Assembly (NCBI RefSeq): GCF_964204645.1
Contig: NC_134030.1
Location: 10,125,847 to 10,189,846 of the forward strand
Direction: 5' to 3'
Length of the DNA: 64,000 bases
From: Tubulanus polymorphus
Lineage: Eukaryota; Animalia; Nemertea
Shown: piece after piece, positions 1 through 9,365 of the stretch
Layout of the letters: every line of letters begins with the position of its first letter
How positions within the stretch are numbered: the stretch's first letter is position 1
The notes under the pieces: generated by a model
What the model was told of the DNA's origin: nothing
What the model saw: the letters and a program-made list of their open reading frames with translations, nothing else
Databases searched by the model: none
Translations under genes and position numbers: made by a program

Positions 1-573
1 AAAAAGACAAATAGGCCTAAACATGTTTTTAAATTATTTCATTCTTTTTTCAATACCCTCAGCCCACTGAGCGCTACGCAGGGGGCATTGTTAGCGGGTT
101 CGATGTTTACAAGAACCTTCGACTTCGAACCCGTGAACTGATGAAACCAGTCGTAGTTAAATCGTACATTGTACTAAGCTAAGAATAAGCAAAGTAAATG
201 CAGATTTTGCAGCAGGTTTCCATTTGAATACATGTTGAAACGTCGAGGTGGAAAACGGCAACCGGTTTCACAGAACGCCCTTAAGTTTCGTTAGTCATAA
301 TAATACAGAAGTAATGCCTCCAGGGGCGGACCTATAGGGTGTCTGATTCAGGGGTAGGTGCACCCCAAAATAGGGCACAAGGTATAATTCAAAGGGCACC
401 TCGAAAGAAAGTTCTCTACTTTCAATCTCAGTTTCAATTTCAGTCACTTTCGTCTCTTACTAGCTAGACGTTTGCAGTGTGATTTAAAGATATGCATTTA
501 TAGAGGGACACGCGATGTTTTGCGATATAAAATGAAATCGGATTATGTACGAGTGTCACATTTAAATACTCAC

Positions 574-1438
574 AGTCACATGAATCGCAAGAACTGGCGC
601 AGTGAACTTTCATCCAGGTGTTGTATGTACAGTGTCCACCGATTGCCCATTCATCGCACTCCTCGTCACGGGGGTGGCGGTTGTCACACGGTCCTGTAAG
701 AAACGTACGTGAAATGAAATTAGGAAATACATGGCTATCTATATATGTACTGGCGGAGCGCTAAGCGATTTGAACAGGGGCGGGAGAAGGCCGAGGTCCA
801 GAAGAAAATTAGGGCATTTCTCGAATAAAGCGGCCAAGTGTCAAGGACAAGTGGGGTCCCTCCAACTAGGGTAAGCTATCTTAGAAGAAATCCACCCGCA
901 AAGAGATGACGAGTATCAAGTAGTAAGTCAGGATCCGGACCCCTTTGATCAGCCCCGCTAAAAAAACACTGATTTACCGGTAGGTGGCGTCATGATCTAT
1001 CTTTCGTCGTGTCAAAATAACTTCAATTTCACATTCGTAAGACCCAACAAAAATAGATTAGATCGAATTTTTTACTCGGTGATTGGTATTGTTTTGATTC
1101 AATTTTTATTGGCTTAATGTATAGATGAAACACGATTGCCACTCGATGAATCGAAAACTACTGCGGTTAATGTTTTAAGTTCCCTACAAGAACGTACCTC
1201 TGACAAGTTTTGGTTTGCTCGGTTTCTCCGTTCCACCCTCAGCGTCTCCGAAGTCGGGAAAATCGTCGTCTTGGGCCAGAATTGGAGCCAGGAATACTAC
1301 AGATATTTCAAAAACATATACAAATATATTTTAACCCGGCATTTTTATATAAAGCGATCTTTAAAATGCATTTCATTGAAAGCTATACTTACGGCCCAAA
1401 CTGCATATCAGAAGCATCCACGAAGGCTTCATATTCAT
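574..1438 (-). CDS. Secreted ShKT-domain protein, paralog C (3' truncated by window start); exons 1438-1393, 1296-1198, 693-574
   Basis: GT-AG phase-1 exons splice to MNMKPSWMLLICSLGLFLAPILA-QDDDFPDFGDAEGGTEKPSKPKLVRGP-CDNRHPRDEECDEWAIGGHCTYNTWMKVHCASSCDSCD. The six Cys follow the ShKT pattern ending CxxxCxxC. The 120-nt ShKT exon has the same size as in paralogs A and B. The last exon is not in the window. Confidence 0.9.
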
Positions 1439-2779
1439 ATATGACCCTAGAATTTTTAGAAAGAATGCATACAGATTTTAGGCATTCTTTTTTATTACTT
1501 TGTCAAGATTCTATGGAATAGCAAAATCAAATAATATTTTGCGAATGAATACATAGTGAACTAGACAATTCACTTTGACCAGCCTTTCGAACTCCATAAA
1601 GCGCTTAGACGGTCGTAAAATCGTTCACGGATGTTTGGATTTGAAGGAAAATGTTCCTTCGAGTTTTACACTGGTGTCCGTCATTTCAACGACGAATATA
1701 AATCATCAGACCGATCCAAGAACAACATGTACGAATTTATGTTTTTTTCTGTCTATAAATACATCAAAAACGGTCACATACCTTGCGATTATTCGTCAGA
1801 GCAGTTTTTACAAGATGAATCTAAGGCTTTGTTCTCGTATCCAACTCGTCCCGCAGTAGTGACCCGGAGTTAATGCCAACACGGCAGCCGCATCAGTCGA
1901 TGAGGAAAAAAACCTACAAAAACCTCATCCACGTCGACAACAGAAGAGGAGAAAACAGGGGCATCGCAGCGACTAGATCTCTTCGATCGACTCAAGACAA
2001 CACAAACAGACTTGTTGTCCATCGGATCCTAAACTCGTTTGTGGCTCTAGGGCTTTATATCTTATGCACTTCCCTAGTTATCAAAGGAATCAGTTCATTG
2101 TTTTAAATCCGAACTTAAAACCTGTCCTTTTTTCAAACTATCTTGCTGATGTGTCTTTTGTTTTCTGATGTGCAGATATTATTTCTCTACTTATAAACTT
2201 AAAACTTATATACTTTATAAATTGGTATATATGAGCAAATAAAACTATCATTGTTTGTAATTATAATTATGATTATCAGTATTGATAAGTGTCGTAAAAC
2301 GTTGGTTTATGTCTCAAAAACGGAAAAAGGCATTTTGTCGACTTGAATTCCATTTCATTTCGTGGATCTGGTAGTTTTGAAAACCTTGCCGAACTTCAAA
2401 CTTGCTTTGAAACACGTTTTTGAAGCGATTTACACGGCTTAACAGTGTCGCGAAGTTTCCATCGGGAGCCGCTTATATCGTGTCGGGAGAATGAGAATAC
2501 AGCTGGTTTCCATCGAAAACTTTTTTTTCTCTGACCCAAACAGTTCCGACATACGTTCGTATTCGTAATCTGGGTTACGAGAAAAAAGACGAAGAGCTCG
2601 GTCGAATGAGAAAATAAGGAAGTATATACAACCCCATACATCGATGTGCTACAGTTTACGTACATAGTTTTATTTCAAAATGTAGATAAAAGTAGACATG
2701 CAAAATGCTATATGAAAAATCTAGAATGAAGCTCTGTATTTGTGGAAATGGTTATGATATAGGAATTAGAGGACTTCAT

Positions 2780-5055
2780 TTATGGTTCGTCAAATCGACC
2801 TATTTCGTCGTCGTCCGGGTTGACCTTTTCACCGGTTTTCTCGTCCTTGCGCTGATCCTCGACAACAGCTCGCAGACGCTCTTGGTGCCGTCGCCGGAAT
2901 TCGCACGAGTTGCACGAGCGAGCGCACTGGAACTGCATGAACGGTTTAGAGTACGGGTGGTTGCAGTGGCCGGCGTGGGCCCAGATCTCACAGTCATGTT
3001 CGTTGTAGTCATTCGGGCACGAACCCCTACGGGGAACTGAAAGGTTTCGAAAAAAGTGCACAAATACGTTGGGATTTAGGGTGCTTATTGACTACAGGGG
3101 CTCGTGATATCCGGAGAACTATTATTTTCAGACTGAGGCTAATGAAATCGAAACGAAAAAAAAATTGTTTAATCTTTTCATTTATGTAATTATATCTTCT
3201 GGATTTGGCTCCAAAGTTAAGATGTTTACTCCGCAGTCCAAATGAGTTCATTTTCAATCATTTTGGGCCTAGGAAACTATGGTTTTCTGTAGGTTGTACA
3301 TTAAAGTACATCGGCAAAATACCATAGACACATAATGAAAAAGCTTTATCTATTTATTCCTGAGCCCCGCAAAAAACAGTCGTTTCAACCCACTTAACGA
3401 TAAGTGACTGCGATGAAAAACGTGAACTTTACCGTGGCAAGTATTACAAGAACTGGCGCAGTAAACCGTCATCCAAAGATTGTGTCGACAATGGTCGTTT
3501 ACAGCCCACATGTCACATTCTATGTCGCGTATGTGACGGTTGTTACATGGTCCTGAAAATTGCGAAATATATCACAGTCAAATAAGTCGAGAATATGCAC
3601 AATATCGTGTAAGATGAATATACGAGATAACACAATAGTTAGGCCAAGGATGTAAAAGTTGTGAGACTAAAATAGTATTTGAGCATGACTACTAGAATAT
3701 AGTCGATAGGTCGAATACCAGCTCAAGGAAACATTTTCGTACTAGTCTTTATGTTTTCGTCTTTATATCGTGGGATTCTCGTATAATATTTTGAGCAACG
3801 GTCCGACTGTTAGCCATCATTAGGTATACCGATGGCTAATTACCAAACGCCTGATGATGGCTGTAGTCTTTGGCCGAAACGTTGCTCAGAATATATACTC
3901 TCTTACTCAAGAATTTTACATCATTTCTTTGCTTGGCTGAATTGTTGTGGGATTTCTCTCGTGTTAGTCAAATTACTATAATGATTGGTGAATTCAATCT
4001 CACTCATTGGGTTAAGCCCCTCGAAAGTTTGTAATCAATAGCATAATTGATTTTTACTATCAACATATAAACTGCCCGCATAATCGTATAAGAAATTGAA
4101 GGCAGTCGCATGATATAACGATTTGCTTCTGCATAGAAATGTGCAATTTCACAGGTTTTGGGTGAAAGGATAAACAACAGATCTTACAAATAAATACCTT
4201 AAGATCTAAACCTAAATAACAGAATATCTGTAACCACGACAGGTCAATTTCTATGGAATATTTTCTGGAATACACGTATTCTTTTTTTAGAGTGCGAAAG
4301 TCTTACACTCTTTGAACGCACGGCACTCGAAACGAAGCATTCCGAAACCCTTGACCGCGCTCGATCTTACAAGCTGCGTCTAATACGTAATACGTACCTC
4401 GAGTAATCGAAGGTCGTGTAGGTTTTTCCGTGGCGGCTTCAGCCTCGCCGAAATCAGGAAAATCATCGTCGTCTTCAAACTGGGTTAGAGCTGGCACCAG
4501 TAATACTGCAAACAAGTTTTCAATTTCGATACAGTAGAACTCGCTTAATTCGGACCACCTGGGACTGGGACATTTTGTCCAAATTAGACAAAAAAATTAG
4601 ACGAATTATATGCTCTCATTCGAATAGAAATAACCTAGAGAGGACTGGAATTTTAGTCCGAAATATGTGAAAATCGGATGAATAACCGATCCAAATAAAG
4701 CTAGTTGTATTCATCAACAATTACTACAAGGAGAAGATGCCATTTCTCGATTAAATCGATTTGAAATATCAGTTAGATATTAGAAATAGAATTGAATTCA
4801 AATTATCATAAGACAAATGCAAATTATTCTGTAACCGCGCTAGTATATTAGTTTTAGGGTTTACTCATAATTTTGTTATGTCACATCAAGTTGTGTAATT
4901 CTTCTGACACAATTAACAATAAACTACAAGTTACGTAAAACTTCGACTCAATAAACAATTAACATTTAAACAGCTTTCGACAAAATTCCGACAATTGCTT
5001 GAAATCAAAACACATAATTACCGGCCAAACTACAGAAAATGAGCATCAACTTCAT
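2780..5055 (-). CDS. Secreted tandem-ShKT protein, paralog A (172 aa); exons 5055-5022, 4505-4398, 3552-3433, 3036-2780
   Basis: Splices to: MKLMLIFCSLAVLLVPALT (signal), QFEDDDDFPDFGEAEAATEKPTRPSITRGP, ShKT1 CNNRHIRDIECDMWAVNDHCRHNLWMTVYCASSCNTC, HVPRRGS, ShKT2 CPNDYNEHDCEIWAHAGHCNHPYSKPFMQFQCARSCNSC, acidic tail ...GRFDEP*. All introns are GT-AG phase 1; total CDS is 519 nt. Confidence 0.93.
3786..3894 (+). mobile_element. Fold-back of inverted Penelope-type terminal repeats carrying a degenerate minimal hammerhead motif (intron 2 of ShKT paralog A)
   Basis: CTGATGA (3851-3857), TGGC...GGCC stem II, GAAAC (3876-3880). Inverted arms atattttgagcaacg / cgttgctcagaatat. Same family as 59941-60102. 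Confidence 0.6.
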
Positions 5056-5517
5056 TTTACGCTGAAATAGCAAGATTAAAAGATCATAAAAAATCGTTCA
5101 ATAACATACAGATATTCATCAAAAAGTCCGAACGAAGGAAGATTTGTTGTCATACCTGGTTTGGGTGAGTCAGTAGCTAGGATTTTTACGCAAAGTTCGC
5201 GAAACGATCCGTTGAGACAAATGACATCAGAAATGCCTGGTAAATCTTCAAAACGCGGATAAATCCAGTTCACGGGGTCGAAACACCGCGGGAAACAAAG
5301 ACGAAGGAGGCACATTTTTGTGATCGATGATGCAAAGATACAGGGCGGGCTATTGTTCCAAGAAACAAGGCAAAGTTTTTTCGGTTTTTGTGTCATGCAG
5401 ATTAGCGTGTTTTATTTCAAAATTTCGAACGTTCGTCGTTATCGGGTCAATCATGCAGTCTTTATTTCCTGCCTCGTTAGCACATTAGGTTTTTGGTAAT
5501 TTTCCATTTAGTCTTAG

Positions 5518-5825
5518 CAGGGCGAGTCCAGCTTACCGCTCCTAACACTTGAGCGGTACTCGCGATTTTAGAGGTGTCCTATTTTCAAGTTCTGGTAGAA
5601 GTAGGCTAAAATGGTCAATTTGAATGATCGAAAATGGGTAAACTTCTTATTTCTACTGAATAATTTTTCTTTGTCAAAATGTCATATCTTGTGGACACAG
5701 AAAAGGAGCCCCAAATTGGTACTCAGATTGCATCTCAAAGCCCTTAGAATTCAAAATGTTCTATAACATAGGAGCCCTTCCACAGCTGAGCAGTACTCAA
5801 AACCTTTAGGCTAGATCCGCCCCTG
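5518..5825. mobile_element. MITE family with CAGGGGCGGATC(T/C)AG-like terminal inverted repeats; related copies ~13255-13513 and ~26511-26775, similar ends at ~321, ~6040-6372, ~28120-28472
   Basis: Shared internal sequence (gagcggtact...ttctggtagaa...aaaatggtc...cccttccacagc) and ctagatccgcccctg-type ends. Confidence 0.7.
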
Positions 5826-7112
5826 CTTAGTGAACAAGAGTGCGGGAAGATGGATAGATCAGTTCAATACTTCCTAGTTCGTTACGTGTGAATGGGCCAA
5901 ACAATAAAGTAGAGCTCGACCCAGGGTCCGATTCCGCGTGTGTGAGTTATGAGTGGATACTGACTTAAAATCAGTTATTTCAAAGGATTCAGGACTCAAC
6001 TCAACAGTCGAAACATCGAAAATGAATTCTAACCGTAGTCAGTGGTGGATCCAGTGGTGTCCGCGGGGTCCGGAAACCTCCCCTTAAAATACCATCTTCA
6101 AATATTCCGGACTGAATAATTTTTGGAAGAAAGATCGAAAATACTAAAGAAAATACCAACATTTTGTTGTAGCAATATGCTATTTTATCAATTCTAAAAG
6201 ATCTTAAAAATCACCTGTAATTTCCTTAAGTAATTTAGTTCGCGAAAAAGAACACCCGGTAAATCAAAAAAAAATTGTGTATGTTAACAACGAAATTGCC
6301 ACGAAGCTCAGAACAGGCCCTTAATCTTTTAAGTGGGTGACCCTTTTTAGCCATTGACCCTGGATCCGCCACTGGGCCGGTTGCATAGACCAGTCTTAAG
6401 ATTTAAGACCACAATTTTGGACATAAGTCACGACTGTGCAACAGGCTCCTGGTTCTTTACTCAATTCCGCAAGGAACTGCATGGGTCAGTGGCTTTAAAA
6501 TGGAAGATAAAGTGAAATCTCAGTCGATGCGAGGAAATAAACCGCTGAATTGTATTATTGATGTATCATAATTTGAACATTTCTGTATGATTTCGATAAC
6601 GTCTGGGAGTTTGATAGATTTCGATATTGTTAGAGGCGGATTCGTTGAAACGGAAGACTAAACTCTGCCCTCATACGTTTTTTACTTATCCCCGGGATGG
6701 TATCGCATTCATATCCAGTGATTTACAAGACCGACTAATTACCAGGCACTTGCTAAAAGCATCGATTATTTTTTTCGTGCGTAATTGACAATTCGATACA
6801 AAATCGTAGCCTTCCCGGACCAGACCTATATCGAATTAATTATCGTACGAATTATAATGATATATAAAAATATACAATATTCATATAATGTTATAGCGAT
6901 AATATCTATCTTGGTATAAGTTGAATTTCATTTACGTTACTATTGAATATATTGAAATTCATCAACAACCAATATCTATAATGATCTTTTGTCGGCGGTC
7001 TATTTCGAACTCGCCTAATCTCTATCATCAGTAAGCTCTCCAAGTATATTTATTACTACGTGTTAGGTGCTCGTTCGCCATCTATCGGAAATTCATGGCG
7101 AAAACGCGTCGT

Positions 7113-9365
7113 TTATGGCTCGTCGAAATCGTCGATTTTCTCGTCGCCGTCAGGGGGCGGTTTATCCCCGTTTTCCGCGTGGTGCTCTTTCTTTTCTTCC
7201 TTATCCCCTCCTTTGTCTTCTTCCTTTGCTTCCTCCTCTTCTTCTGTCGGGTTCAACCGCTCCTGTTCTTTGGCGCGATGTTCGCACGAGTTGCAGGACT
7301 TGGCGCACTGGAATTTCATGAAGCTAGCCGCGTACGGCTCGCTGCAATGACCGGCATGCGCCCAAATCTCGCAGTCAATGTCGTTGTAGTCGTTCGGACA
7401 CGACCCTTTCTCATTCGCTGAAACAGAAAAACTTAAGATAAATACTGTGGTAATGTTTGATAAATAGGTTTACCTTAATTTTGCAAATTTCTACAATGTT
7501 TTAAAATTGGAAACTACAGCCTTACTGGAGGTATTCGCGAATTTTAAGGTATATATCTACAGTAAACTCCGTCCAAGTCGGATCCGATCAACTCGGATAA
7601 CCGTTCAACTCGGATGTTTTTTTGAATGTTTTTGTGACACTATATATCATGAAATACATAACATCCAACTCGGGCATCACTTAAGCGAAGTCTACTGCGT
7701 AAGCCGTAATGACTGTTTTTGCTCTGAAATCTAAACGCCGTGTTACTTTGATAATATCATTGATAATGCTTGTTCAAAGATAATATGTTCGTTGACATGG
7801 ACCCCTACATCCTCTTGGTACTGGTCAACTCAGTAAACTTTCACATAAGCATTTACGGCGAAGTTTACGTTTAGTTGGTTTAGATCGTGTTCTTTTCTTT
7901 CGAGAACTTACAGTGACACGTGTTGCAGGAACTTGCGCAATGTACCTTCATCCAGACATTGTGGTCGCAATGACCGCCGTACGCCCATTCGTCACAATGT
8001 TCCATCGTATGGTATCGATTGTCGCAAGGACCTTAGATGGAAAAAGAATGATAATGATAATAGTAATAAGGAAAATAATATTAAACGATTGTAAAGCGCC
8101 TATTTCTCTGCGCCAAAGTTCACTGGCACTGTGTCTGGTCAAGCAAATCGCTGATAAGCCTGCAGGAAATGCTTTAGTATGCTTTAGCGAATGCTTAAGT
8201 AATCGTTTGAAAATGTTAAGATCAGAGGCACAGCGAAAATTTTGGATAGCACCGTTCCAAATGGATGCAGAAATGGGATTGATAAGATCGACCAGCAAAA
8301 GCCTCGAGTCGGTATGATGTGCCAGTCAACAGGTTTCTATTTGATGAATTGATGCCAGTAGGATACTAAAATGCTCGCATTAAACATGGCCGACCCAAAA
8401 TCGGTATGAGAATTACGATTTTCGGATGGACCTCCGGAGAAATTACGCATTTGCCAGTAATGTCGAGACGGTTTGAAGTAAACATAGAAACCACCCAGAG
8501 TGTCCTTTACCTCTGATATTACGATTGACGGGTATATACCGAAATGATTAACCTTCGGGAGAAGAAGTAGTTTAATTGGTAGAGTAACTACACTCAAACG
8601 TGTAGAACTGGTTTTAAGATAAAACCCCCACTAAGCTTTAGAATCGAGAAGTTATACTCGAATCAAAAAATCAAAATGACACGACGTTTCGATCTCTCAC
8701 TAGACATCATCGTCAGGTGTATAATATACATGTTGTGGGTTTTTATCTATACATGTAGTTAGAAACTTTCTAAATGCTCGTTTCAGCCATTCCCAATCGT
8801 TTCAGAGCAAGAAATTTCATGCGATTAATATAATTCTCGTTGAATTTGTTTTTTGAGACCATATACGCGTGTAGGCCTACCTTTTTCTAACGGTTTTCTG
8901 GTCGGCTCTGGCTTTTCGGCTTCGGCTTCACCAAAATCAGGAAAGTCCTCGTCGCCACCGGCCTCTGCTTCTTCTGTTGTTTCTTCTGTAGGTTTAACAT
9001 CGACTTCCTTTTCCGTATCTTGTGCCGAGAGGGGTACTACCATCAGCAGTACTGTCCAAGACGTTGATAAATACGGTTCAGAGAATGCATTTCCTTATAA
9101 ATGGCAGGAATCTATTTCATTTTTTTCAAATACATGAGGTTTTCATCATTTTCAATCAAATGAATTTGAATAAAACCGCATTTCAAAAAATTCTAGAATA
9201 TCCGAACATGAGATATAGTTAGATGAATTTTGTTGAATCCTTTCATCTTCAATTTAGTTTTAAGGCATCTCAATATTCTAATTGTCTATTTCTTTTTTTT
9301 TACTTCTATAAACATTACTCACGTCCAGCGCAGCACAAAGCCAGCAGCCAGCCGGTAATTTTCAT
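7113..9365 (-). CDS. Secreted tandem-ShKT protein, paralog B (212 aa); exons 9365-9323, 9051-8881, 8031-7912, 7417-7113
   Basis: Splices to: MKITGWLLALCCAGLLLMVVPLSA (signal), QDTEKEV...GGDEDFPDFGEAEAEKPEPTRKPLEKGP, ShKT1 CDNRYHTMEHCDEWAYGGHCDHNVWMKVHCASSCNTC, HSNEKGS, ShKT2 CPNDYNDIDCEIWAHAGHCSEPYAASFMKFQCAKSCNSC, Glu/Lys-rich tail ...DDFDEP*. Introns are GT-AG phase 1; CDS is 639 nt. Confidence 0.93.
8046..8340 (-). mobile_element. 3' remnant of an L2/CR1-group LINE in intron 2 of ShKT paralog B
   Basis: Frameshifted translation YRLEAFAGRSY...SASIWNGAIQNFRCASDLNIFKRLLKHS resembles the LINE ORF2 C-terminus. It is followed by GGCGCTTTACAA and a (TAT/CAT)n tail. Confidence 0.7.
8679..8720 (-). 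ncRNA. Minimal type I hammerhead ribozyme motif (Penelope-like element type)
   Basis: Minus strand reads ACAC-CUGACGA-U-GAUGUCU-AGUG-AGAGAUC-GAAA-CG-UC-GUGU. Stem I is ACAC/GUGU; the catalytic core is intact; stem II has 7 positions with one G-G mismatch; stem III is palindromic ACGU; the cleavage triplet is GUC. Confidence 0.75.

Noticed and set aside
2705-3063. ORFs 2705..3040(+) and 2800..3063(-), and similar 7060..7421(+), 7913..8317(+), 8853..9137(+)
   Set aside because: Antisense or alternative-frame shadows of ShKT exons and a LINE remnant.
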